Shown in pieces: positions 8,658 through 17,270 of a stretch of 28,258 nt of DNA; within the stretch, counting starts at the first letter, position 1, and each line of letters starts with the position of its first letter. The position numbers were made by a program, and so were the translations under genes. The notes beneath the pieces were generated by a model that was given only the letters and a program-made list of their open reading frames with translations, made no database searches and had not been told where the DNA came from. Source of the DNA: a virus (taxonomy: Duplodnaviria; Caudoviricetes). The stretch is taken from IMG/VR virus record IMGVR_UViG_3300005805_000352, positions 1-28,258 of that record. The stretch is one strand, 5' to 3'.

Positions 8658-10574
8658 ATGAGTCTACCAACCCCATATCAGCAGTTCATCCACCTTTCAC
8701 GTTATTCAAGATGGCTAGAGAAGGAGGGTAGACGGGAAGCATGGGAAGAGACTGTTGAACGGTACTTTAAGTTCTTTGATGAGCATCTTTCGGAAAACCA
8801 AAAGTTCAACTTGGATCCTGCATTGCGCCAGGAACTCAAGGATGCCGTCCTAAATCTTGAGATCATGCCGTCCATGCGCGCACTCATGACGGCAGGAGAA
8901 GCCCTCAAGCGAGACAATACGGCAGGTTACAACTGCTCCTATGTGGCAGTGAACCGAGTCCGTGCATTTGATGAGATTCTCTACATATTGATGTGTGGTA
9001 CGGGCGTAGGCTTTTCTGTGGAGAGGCAATATGTCGAGAAACTTCCTACAATCGCTGAAGTCTTCACTGATTCTGACACTACGATCATTGTGCAGGATTC
9101 CAAGGCTGGTTGGGCAAAGGCATTCAGAGAACTCATCTCTCTTCTCATTGGAGGTCAAGTACCCAAGTGGGATCTCTCAAAGATTCGTCCTGCGGGAGCA
9201 AGACTTAAGACTTTTGGTGGTCGAGCAAGCGGACCAAAGCCACTGGAGGATCTCTTTAGATTCACGACCGACACCTTCAAGCGAGCAGCAGGAAGAAAAC
9301 TTACATCTATCGAATGCCATGATATCGTCTGTAAGGTTGCGGAGATTGTCGTCGTCGGAGGAGTACGACGCTCTGCTCTCATCTCGCTTTCAAACCTGAC
9401 GGACGAGAGAATGCGCGATGCCAAGACGGGTGCATGGTGGAATGACAATCCACAACGCGCACTTGCAAACAACTCCGTTGCATACAAGGAGAAGCCCGAG
9501 ATCGGCACCTTCATGGACGAGTGGGTTTCACTCTACAAGTCCAAGAGCGGAGAGCGCGGCATCTTCAATCGTGATGCAGCAAAGAAGACAGTTGCCAAGT
9601 TGGGTGATCGCCGTGATCCCAACTATGACTTTGGTACGAATCCATGCAGCGAGATCATCTTGCGTGATTCTGAGTTCTGCAATCTCACCGAAGTAATCAT
9701 TCGCCCCGAAGACACTTTGGAATCGATTGGTCGCAAGGTTCGTCTTGCAACCATTCTTGGAACATGGCAAGCATCACTTACTCATTTCCCATATCTTTCA
9801 TCATCATGGGAGAAGAACTGCAAGGAAGAGGCACTGCTTGGAGTCTCGCTCACGGGCATCGTTGACAACAAGATGATGCGTGATATCGATGAACTTCCAA
9901 AGAACCTTGGATTGCTGAGACTGATAGCAGTAGATGCCAACAGAGAATGGTCTGCCAAGATCGGAATCAATCCCGCTGCTGCAATCACATGCGTCAAGCC
10001 ATCGGGAACCGTGTCTCAGTTGACCGATGCTGCATCGGGCATTCATCCTCGCCACAATGAATACTACGTCCGCACCGTTCGTGCCGACCGCAAGGATCCA
10101 CTCTGCCAGATGATGGTCGAGATGGGATTCCCGCATGAGCCATGCGTAATGAAACCAGATCACACTATGGTCTTCTCATTCCCGATGAAGGCAGAGGGTT
10201 CGATCACCCGCAATGACCTCACGGCAATAGAACACCTTGAGTTGTGGTTGGCATATCAGCGTCATTGGTGCGAACACAAGCCATCGATCACCATCACTGT
10301 GCGTGAGCATGAATGGATGGAAGTTGGTGCATTCGTGTACAAGCACTTCGATGAGATCAGTGGCATCTCATTCCTTCCACACAGCGACCACTCGTATCGT
10401 CAGGCACCATATCAGGACTGCACAAAGGAACAATATCAGGAACTTCTTGCAAAGATGCCAAAGGCTGTAGATTGGTCATTGCTGAAGAACTATGAGAAGT
10501 CAGATGCCACCAAGAGTTCACAGACGATGGCTTGCAGTGCCGATGGGTGTGAACTAGTTGACCTAACTAACTAA
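8658..10574 (+). CDS. nrdJ: Class II adenosylcobalamin-dependent ribonucleotide reductase (RTPR/monomeric-like type)
   Basis: Start MSLPTPYQQFIHLSRYSRW follows AAGGAG. Motifs include RExWEETVxRY, MPSMRALM, YNCSY, GGVRRSALI, catalytic NPCSEI, TCVKPSGTVS, WCEHKPSIT and a C-terminal CxxxxC. No beta subunit gene is adjacent. Confidence 0.92.
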   Translation: MSLPTPYQQFIHLSRYSRWLEKEGRREAWEETVERYFKFFDEHLSENQKFNLDPALRQELKDAVLNLEIMPSMRALMTAGEALKRDNTAGYNCSYVAVNRVRAFDEILYILMCGTGVGFSVERQYVEKLPTIAEVFTDSDTTIIVQDSKAGWAKAFRELISLLIGGQVPKWDLSKIRPAGARLKTFGGRASGPKPLEDLFRFTTDTFKRAAGRKLTSIECHDIVCKVAEIVVVGGVRRSALISLSNLTDERMRDAKTGAWWNDNPQRALANNSVAYKEKPEIGTFMDEWVSLYKSKSGERGIFNRDAAKKTVAKLGDRRDPNYDFGTNPCSEIILRDSEFCNLTEVIIRPEDTLESIGRKVRLATILGTWQASLTHFPYLSSSWEKNCKEEALLGVSLTGIVDNKMMRDIDELPKNLGLLRLIAVDANREWSAKIGINPAAAITCVKPSGTVSQLTDAASGIHPRHNEYYVRTVRADRKDPLCQMMVEMGFPHEPCVMKPDHTMVFSFPMKAEGSITRNDLTAIEHLELWLAYQRHWCEHKPSITITVREHEWMEVGAFVYKHFDEISGISFLPHSDHSYRQAPYQDCTKEQYQELLAKMPKAVDWSLLKNYEKSDATKSSQTMACSADGCELVDLTN

Positions 10575-10597
10575 GAACTCTAAACAAAGGAAACACC

Positions 10598-11812
10598 ATG
10601 ACAACAGCACCCGCAATAGTTAACAATCCAAATGGAACAGTATCCATCAATGGGGCAACCGTATCCTATACGGTTGATCCAACCCGCAAGTTCCGCATCA
10701 TGACTACTTGCAATCATAGCACTCGGTCTTTCGATGGAAAGACCAGAAGTGCAAGCAATGTATACAAGGATTCCATAGTTGAAGTAAGTGTCCTCATTTC
10801 TCCTCTTCCTTCAACTCTTGTAACAGGGACATCCTATCAGGTATGGAGAAGTGCGGACATAATGTTCACTTGGGATCACTCAAAACTTGAGTTTATTGAG
10901 GCAGTTGCTGATCCTATGTCCACGGACAAGTTTGTTGTTGATGTTGCTAAGATCAATGCCACGGTGGTTGAACCAGGAAAGTTGCATTTCCACAGTCAGG
11001 CACTTCCTGTGCCAGAGGCAAGAACTCCCCCACTGAAGCCACAATATTTCCAATGGAACTTCGGTGGATTCCTGTGGAATGCAGGAAACAGACAGATCGG
11101 CAAACTTCGTTTCCGCGTGAAGTCAGATTTCCACTATCCAACCAATCAGCCAACTGACATAGTTGCAGTTCCCCAACTCACGAAGTCTGATGGAACGGTC
11201 ATCAACAGCCAAATCGATGGATCTCCTGCGCTAGGATCGAATGTCATCGGTGACATTCAGAACAATGCAAACAGGATTACGTCGGGACCATCTCCTGCCT
11301 ACAAGGTAAGCCTGTCGCTCGTTCCACCCACGACTTCCGTGAAGGTTGGCGACACAGTTCCCGTCAAGATCATGGTCAAGCCAGAGACATTCCCACAGGT
11401 CATTTGGTCTGTATCCACGATTTTCTCATGGGATCCAACCAAACTTGAGTTCATGGGAATCGACAAGACAGGTTCAAAGGCATCGATGAGTTCAAAGATC
11501 GATACAAGTGCAGCATCGGGAACCATAAACGAGTCTGCTGTTCCAAAGGACGGAAATGCACAGCACACATGGCTTGGCAACCTTGGAGACAAGGCTCCAA
11601 TCGACAAGGAAACTCAGATTGTCACCTTGAACTTCAAGGCAGTCTCTGATTTCATCGATACCTCGGTGAACATCATAGACATGACCGATCCAAGAATGTT
11701 TGGTGCAGTAGTTCTTGATGACACTGGCGTACTTGGCTCCTGTGTTCCTGGTGTGTTTGTGACGGGAAATGTCAATCATGCCTTGGTTAAGGGTGTGTTA
11801 CCCTCAGCCTAA
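10598..11812 (+). CDS. Protein with two tandem cohesin-like domains
   Basis: Internal duplication: FTWDHSKLEF / FSWDPTKLEF and QIGKLRFRVKSDF / QIVTLNFKAVSDF. VKVGDTVPVKIMV is a typical cohesin first strand. AAGGAA SD. Confidence 0.65.
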   Translation: MTTAPAIVNNPNGTVSINGATVSYTVDPTRKFRIMTTCNHSTRSFDGKTRSASNVYKDSIVEVSVLISPLPSTLVTGTSYQVWRSADIMFTWDHSKLEFIEAVADPMSTDKFVVDVAKINATVVEPGKLHFHSQALPVPEARTPPLKPQYFQWNFGGFLWNAGNRQIGKLRFRVKSDFHYPTNQPTDIVAVPQLTKSDGTVINSQIDGSPALGSNVIGDIQNNANRITSGPSPAYKVSLSLVPPTTSVKVGDTVPVKIMVKPETFPQVIWSVSTIFSWDPTKLEFMGIDKTGSKASMSSKIDTSAASGTINESAVPKDGNAQHTWLGNLGDKAPIDKETQIVTLNFKAVSDFIDTSVNIIDMTDPRMFGAVVLDDTGVLGSCVPGVFVTGNVNHALVKGVLPSA

Positions 11813-11815
11813 ATA
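11809..11815 (+). promoter_or_regulatory. Late promoter (CTAAATA) for the beta-barrel gene
   Basis: The motif overlaps the upstream stop codon. It is followed by a leader hairpin (CTCCCC...GGGGG) and a GGAGG SD. Confidence 0.5.
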
Positions 11816-11871
11816 CAAGACACTCCCCGTGTTGGGGGTTTGAGATCATATCTTTTGGAGGATTCAGAAAG

Positions 11872-12669
11872 ATGAAGTATATCACTAGTTTGTTCGCAAT
11901 GTTTGTTTGTGGAATCGCACTTGCACAGGAGGTGGTGGAACCCATTACTCCCGTGGCACCAGTTCCATCGGTGGTTTCAGAACCACCTGTGGTTGAGGAG
12001 AAGAGATTCAGCATCTCGTTGGATTCATCGATCAACTTCTTCGATTTCGAAGATGGTATGATCACTCAGATCGACAATGAACTTCTGTTCGATGTTGCTG
12101 AGAAGTTGAAGTTGGGATTTAGTCTTCCTGTTTTCAATCAGAGCGATGTCCGCGTTGGATCTACGGGTCTGGCGGATCTCGACATCTTCACGGTGTTCAA
12201 CCTGATCGACGGCAAGTGCGACTATCTCTGCAACGATCATGTATGGCTAGACTTCACAGGTGGAGTCAAAGTTCCGCTTGATGGAAAGTATTCTTCTGGC
12301 AACGAGGTCTATCACCTTGGAACCGAAGTCGGTGGTGAATGGGGATCAGTCTCGCTATCGTATGGATTCTCATACGATTTCGTTGACGAGTTCACATATT
12401 CAGCAGCACTTGGAGGATTCATCTACAGTGATATCTTTCAGTCAACTGCCACGCTTGGGTACAAGGCAACCGATGAACTTGATGTATACTTTGCCGTGAA
12501 CCAATATCAATGGGATGGCAAGGATCTACTCATGATCGGTCCTGGATTCAACTATCAACTGAATGACAGCATGACTCTTGGTGCGGAACTTTCGATTCCA
12601 ACGACTGATACCACGGAGTACAGTGATCTAAACATCTGTATGTCTGCGGGTCTTGGATTCAAGTTCTAA
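11872..12669 (+). CDS. Outer-membrane beta-barrel protein (porin/transporter-like)
   Basis: Sec signal peptide MKYITSLFAMFVCGIALA|QE, a Pro-rich linker, amphipathic aromatic strands, and a C-terminal beta-signal ending GLGFKF. Confidence 0.75.
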   Translation: MKYITSLFAMFVCGIALAQEVVEPITPVAPVPSVVSEPPVVEEKRFSISLDSSINFFDFEDGMITQIDNELLFDVAEKLKLGFSLPVFNQSDVRVGSTGLADLDIFTVFNLIDGKCDYLCNDHVWLDFTGGVKVPLDGKYSSGNEVYHLGTEVGGEWGSVSLSYGFSYDFVDEFTYSAALGGFIYSDIFQSTATLGYKATDELDVYFAVNQYQWDGKDLLMIGPGFNYQLNDSMTLGAELSIPTTDTTEYSDLNICMSAGLGFKF

Positions 12670-12707
12670 ATATAGACAGCCCCACTTGAGATAGCATCTC
12701 AGGTCCG

Positions 12708-12738
12708 ACAACCCCCGGAAACGGGGGTTGTTTCTTTC
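12708..12738 (+). terminator. Rho-independent terminator
   Basis: ACAACCCCCG-GAAA-CGGGGGTTGT followed by TTCTTTC. Confidence 0.8.
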
Positions 12739-12813
12739 TATAGATAGAGGAAAGCGGACATTTGACATCCGCATGTGCGAACCCCGCTCATCTTCACAGG
12801 GCGGGGTTCTGCT

Positions 12814-13899
12814 TTATGCCTCAAGCACGGATATCCACTGAGCAGTTGCCTTGAGGTTGTGGTTGTCGAGATAGGTCTTGTTCCTGCACTTGAGGCACGA
12901 ACCAAAGATCAGTCCTCCCGAGAATGGAGGAATGTAGTTGTCGATGGCATTTCTCAATGAAGACATCACACCCTTCTCATCCGATGGATCGACTCGACAG
13001 CAGGGATGGACGAACTTTATGTCTCGGGACACTACGATTGGAACTCCACAACTAACGAAGTCGGCAGCAGTGACATTGAAAGTCTCAGTGAATGATATCT
13101 GCATACCTATGTCCATCTTTCGGACAAGTTCAAGGAAATCACAATGGTTGTACCAAGGATGCTCGACCAGAACGTGCTTGGTATTGGCAAAGATTCCACG
13201 GAGATTTCTCAGGATCGGTCCTGCCTCTCTTTGCTCATGCTCGGAGACATTGATGTGGAAATGCAGTTTCCTCTTGAGTTCATCAGCGAACTCAATAGCC
13301 CATGCTGCCTGTTGTGGATGATTCTTGAGGACTCTCAATGCACCGAAGCATCCGATGTGAAGGCTGTCCTCGCTCTTGGCTATATCGAACTTCTCGGTGG
13401 CTATGCACTCTTCGTCGGGTAGATAGACATTGGGTGTATAGGTTACTTCCTTGCCATACAGCCTGCGCATGTGCCTGTAGAGGGAATCATTGTTGCATGA
13501 GATGGTGATGTCGATGCCCTTCTTGCGAAGTTCCATGTATTGATTCAACCACTCGAATGCCATGCCCTCGCTTGCAAGGAATGGGAGCATGGAATGAAGA
13601 CGAATGTTCCACTTCACCTTCGGATGAAGTTTGGCAAGAACTTCGAACTTCGATGGAACCACCCATATTGCCTCTATGAAGCAGTGAGTGGGCTTGAACT
13701 GACTCACTTCCCTGTCGATGCAGTTGTTGTCAACAACCTGGACAACCTTTGCCTCTATGCCGTTCATTCGCAGCCTTCTTGCCACGAAATCACATGAATT
13801 GTAAAGACCATATGCCTTGGTCTTGGTTCCGTATACAGTCCGTTCCTTGACTATGAAGAGGACTCTCCGTGCTTCTCTTGTTTCCATTTTCTTCCTCAT
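12814..13899 (-). CDS. Glycosyltransferase (GT-B/GT4-like)
   Basis: HIGCFGALRVLKNH, MDIGMQISFTETFNVTAADFVSCGVPIVVS and VDPSD motifs. ATGA overlap with the upstream gene. Confidence 0.75.
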   Translation of the reverse strand: MRKKMETREARRVLFIVKERTVYGTKTKAYGLYNSCDFVARRLRMNGIEAKVVQVVDNNCIDREVSQFKPTHCFIEAIWVVPSKFEVLAKLHPKVKWNIRLHSMLPFLASEGMAFEWLNQYMELRKKGIDITISCNNDSLYRHMRRLYGKEVTYTPNVYLPDEECIATEKFDIAKSEDSLHIGCFGALRVLKNHPQQAAWAIEFADELKRKLHFHINVSEHEQREAGPILRNLRGIFANTKHVLVEHPWYNHCDFLELVRKMDIGMQISFTETFNVTAADFVSCGVPIVVSRDIKFVHPCCRVDPSDEKGVMSSLRNAIDNYIPPFSGGLIFGSCLKCRNKTYLDNHNLKATAQWISVLEA

Positions 13900-15326
13900 G
13901 ATTGTACCAACTCTCGGTACTTGATGTGCAGTATCGGTAGATCCGAGACATTTTCCACTGTGATATTGGCTCCCGCTAATTCTGGTACTATGGCTCTACT
14001 AAGTTCAAGATACTCATATTGGGGAGTTGGCTCTCCATTAGTGTTAACTCTAGTGTTTGAATTTGAGTCTCCTGGTATACCAATCGAAACTCCTACTACC
14101 TGATAGATTCCATTATTGCTCAATGATCCTCTTATCCTAATGTATGAACCAACAGGAAAGTTGTTGAGTCTTGGTGTTGGCGTCTGACCGCCGCTTCTTG
14201 GACCTATTGCAAGGTAGTTTTTGTCTCCATATGTAAATGCATTTCTCATTCGTATCGTTAGTTTTGAAGCATTTGTTGTATCTACTGTAGACAATGTATA
14301 TGGATTTGAATCGCCATCGGCATAAAGTGGATTTGATGCATTTATCTTTCCAGTGTGGTCATATACATTGGTTTGAGTTCTGAATAGAGAGTTGGATGTG
14401 CTATTCCTAAACCTTGCATTTGTTCCAAAAATTCCCTCGAATACACCATTCCAACCAAGGCATGTTATGATTGATGGATTTCCTCCCGAAGCAGTTGCTT
14501 GTTCCGATGACGGGGAAGTGAATTCATTTATGGTGCAGACCGATTCTGCCGACAATCCAGGCACATTTGACCAATCAAATGAAGAAGATGCAGTGACGAA
14601 AGCCTTTGCATTTGTTCCGGATGCCATGCTCAGTCCTGCCATATCTGCTCTATTCAATTTAAGAAAGTTGTAGTGCAGACTCTTTCTGAATGATATCAAA
14701 TTTGATGTTATTGATGTTCCCATTGGTGCATCGGAAGACTTAAATGTAACATAAGATGATATGGTTGGATCCTGATCATCAAAAAACCCTTCAGTGTCAA
14801 ATCCAGTAGCCGGTGCGCTTATGGTGCTGCTCTCATAGCGAGCATTGGGATCTCCTTCCCTATCGCACTGTCCATGCATGAAGATGTTGAATGCAGTTCC
14901 TCCGTTAGGTCTGGCAAGATCAACAAAGCAACTAACATGTCCACTTACATTAAATGTGTTTTTTGCATTTGGTGTAGCATTCACTGTTTGAGTAAGCAGT
15001 CCTCTTGGATCATCGATGTAGGCACCACCTTTATTGATGAAATCTGCCGGTATCTTCGGGTTGGCAGTTGAGTTCTGTATCTCCAAGTCTTGACTCACGG
15101 CAACATCTATATTCTCCGGTTCGTCGCACAGGTTCTTTATGTCGTATAGATTGTTTGGTATTGCTCTTATGAGAAAATCGGGAAACACTCCGTCCGGCAC
15201 TCCATGAAACCGATCTTTAAATGTGGGATCTACAAATCTATCCCAATACACTGGAGTATCGCTTCCCTGCGAAACATAGTTCGTGGGTGCAAGCCTGATG
15301 GTGACTGGATGATTATACACCGGCAT
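13896..15326 (-). CDS. Hypothetical protein, probable virion structural protein
   Basis: 476-aa N/S/T/G-rich ORF in the late operon, with a VGSYIRIRGSLSNNGIYQVVGV beta module. Confidence 0.65.
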   Translation of the reverse strand: MPVYNHPVTIRLAPTNYVSQGSDTPVYWDRFVDPTFKDRFHGVPDGVFPDFLIRAIPNNLYDIKNLCDEPENIDVAVSQDLEIQNSTANPKIPADFINKGGAYIDDPRGLLTQTVNATPNAKNTFNVSGHVSCFVDLARPNGGTAFNIFMHGQCDREGDPNARYESSTISAPATGFDTEGFFDDQDPTISSYVTFKSSDAPMGTSITSNLISFRKSLHYNFLKLNRADMAGLSMASGTNAKAFVTASSSFDWSNVPGLSAESVCTINEFTSPSSEQATASGGNPSIITCLGWNGVFEGIFGTNARFRNSTSNSLFRTQTNVYDHTGKINASNPLYADGDSNPYTLSTVDTTNASKLTIRMRNAFTYGDKNYLAIGPRSGGQTPTPRLNNFPVGSYIRIRGSLSNNGIYQVVGVSIGIPGDSNSNTRVNTNGEPTPQYEYLELSRAIVPELAGANITVENVSDLPILHIKYRELVQS

Positions 15327-15448
15327 TAGACACCTATACCCTTGTATGACTGTGTGGTGAGGATCTCTACGACTGTCAGTATGCTGTTCCCCCGTCTGGA
15401 GATATTCTCATAGTATGCGATGTTGGCTATGGTTTGTTCTAGTGTCAT
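15326..15448 (-). CDS. 40-aa hypothetical protein (absent from the ORF track)
   Basis: MTLEQTIANIAYYENISRRGNSILTVVEILTTQSYKGIGV* fills the gap and has a TAATG overlap with the next gene. Confidence 0.55.
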   Translation of the reverse strand: MTLEQTIANIAYYENISRRGNSILTVVEILTTQSYKGIGV

Positions 15449-15458
15449 TGTTGTTAAC

Positions 15459-17270
15459 TCATGTTGTTGTTATGAGAGCGGGACTTTCATAGGAGTCAAG
15501 GTACTTCTTTAGAAACTCAATGGACGGGAATCTATCGATGAATCTCTGTGTTCCTGGCAGACCCCATGCGGGATATTCCTGCAAGCACAGAGGATTCATG
15601 AGATATCCTGGCTTTGTTGTGTTGAACTCTGGTCTTGGATCGCCTTCCTGATCGTATCTATCCTTGAGGTTTCTTGCAGCATAGATGTGTTCAAATGCAG
15701 TTCCAAAATAGATGCTTTGGTCTTCTCTGTCTATGCGAATCTCGCCGTCCTCTTGAGACTTGGAACCATACTCATTTAGATCGGCATATCTTGCGGGAGA
15801 CAGATAGGGATTGACTCGCCTTGTCTTAGGACCGACATTTCCCCAATACGGGCAGCGTAGGTATCTCACGGAACCAAGTTCGTACATCTTGTGAAACGAG
15901 GTTGCGGTGGTAGAGGGGAAGTACGACCAATCCTCAGCAGCCATTACATTCAAACCCAAGTAGGGGCTTGGGTCTAGGTTTCCTGTGAGAAGATTCAGCC
16001 TCTTCTCTGGATGAGCCTCGCAGTAGAGGTTTTCGATTCCAACGGTTTCCTTCAACCATGTGAAGAACTCCCACCATCCCTTTTGTGCCGATTCTCCCAA
16101 TGCAGTGGTTGGAATGTATTGACCCGGAACGGATCCTGGAGCAATTGCCAGTGCATCAAGTGCTATCTGCATTCCGCAGTTTATGAATGGTTGAACCGAT
16201 GCCTTCAGTCTGTTCAATGCCAGATCGTAGTTCTCGTTGAACAACCGAGTCCATCTTGGATACTGATTTTCTTTTGTAGTTTCGGTTGGTAACTTTGAGA
16301 TCGTTCCGTTGTAGACTATCACCTTTATTGGTTCGTTGGGATTGAACCACTCAAGAAGACTTGCCCATTCCTCATTGGTGCAATACTGCTTTCCTTCTAT
16401 GAGGGATCTCCATATTCTTTCGAATGTCACTATCAAATGCGGCATAGGAGCATTGTAGAAGATTCCATTGTCATACAGTCCCTCTCCAGCACAAAGGTAT
16501 GCATCTGCCTGATAGGATAGGTGTTCGTAATTCTCAGTACCTGGAGGTGGGGTGGATATGATGTAAGGTCTTCCGAAAGGCATATGAAGATGGAACTGCC
16601 TTGCCCCCCATTTGTACCATGCCTTGATAGACCAAGGATGATCTCTGCCTGGATGTGGGTTGTATCCGTCTATATTTGGAAATGGGTATTCTCCATTCAC
16701 GAACTTCAACCATGTGAATGAAGGATTGTCTCCACCCCAACTTACTGCTCTATATCCAAAATAAGTGGGTTGAATCGCACCATCGAAGTTGTAGACAACC
16801 CATATGTTTCTCGTTATGTCTTCGGTCGGATTCTGTTGAACAGATCTGAATTGAAGTGGTTGAATCCAGTTTAGACTACTTGCAGTGGTGAGATTCAGTG
16901 TTGCCGAAATGATTTGTGAGCCACTTGTTATTCCCGTCAGGTCATAGTTAAGAAATGTTCTTGTGGGAGTACGAACCATTGGTTCTAAGCCAAACTGACC
17001 TGGTGGTGGAAGATCGTTTGCATCAAGCCACGGATTTACAAGACCAACGGCAAGATGTTGGGATGTGGCTGGACTAGATCCTAGAGGGACTATGTTATTC
17101 CATCTGTTCGATCCCGGTATTGCTGAATTGTCGCCAACAAATATGAACGTATCATAGGATGGTAGTAGAATTAGTTCCTTTTCGATGAACTGACTGCCAC
17201 CGCCGCCACCACCGCCATTTGCAGTTCTTCGCTTGTCGTAGAATCTGCGATTAATGAAGTCATTAGACAT
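15459..17270 (-). CDS. Hypothetical protein: DNRLRE/CBM96-like N-terminal domain plus aromatic-rich putative catalytic domain
   Basis: LLPSYDTFI...RTFLNYDLTGITSGSQIISATLNLT resembles DNRLRE domains. The downstream W/Y-rich region contains WGARQFHLHMPFG, IALDA and LYCEAHP. Confidence 0.6.
   Translation of the reverse strand: MSNDFINRRFYDKRRTANGGGGGGGSQFIEKELILLPSYDTFIFVGDNSAIPGSNRWNNIVPLGSSPATSQHLAVGLVNPWLDANDLPPPGQFGLEPMVRTPTRTFLNYDLTGITSGSQIISATLNLTTASSLNWIQPLQFRSVQQNPTEDITRNIWVVYNFDGAIQPTYFGYRAVSWGGDNPSFTWLKFVNGEYPFPNIDGYNPHPGRDHPWSIKAWYKWGARQFHLHMPFGRPYIISTPPPGTENYEHLSYQADAYLCAGEGLYDNGIFYNAPMPHLIVTFERIWRSLIEGKQYCTNEEWASLLEWFNPNEPIKVIVYNGTISKLPTETTKENQYPRWTRLFNENYDLALNRLKASVQPFINCGMQIALDALAIAPGSVPGQYIPTTALGESAQKGWWEFFTWLKETVGIENLYCEAHPEKRLNLLTGNLDPSPYLGLNVMAAEDWSYFPSTTATSFHKMYELGSVRYLRCPYWGNVGPKTRRVNPYLSPARYADLNEYGSKSQEDGEIRIDREDQSIYFGTAFEHIYAARNLKDRYDQEGDPRPEFNTTKPGYLMNPLCLQEYPAWGLPGTQRFIDRFPSIEFLKKYLDSYESPALITTT

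Noticed and set aside
12699-12725. SRP RNA-like TCAGGTCCG
   Set aside because: It lacks the following GNRA loop, the AGCAG partner strand and the long SRP hairpin.
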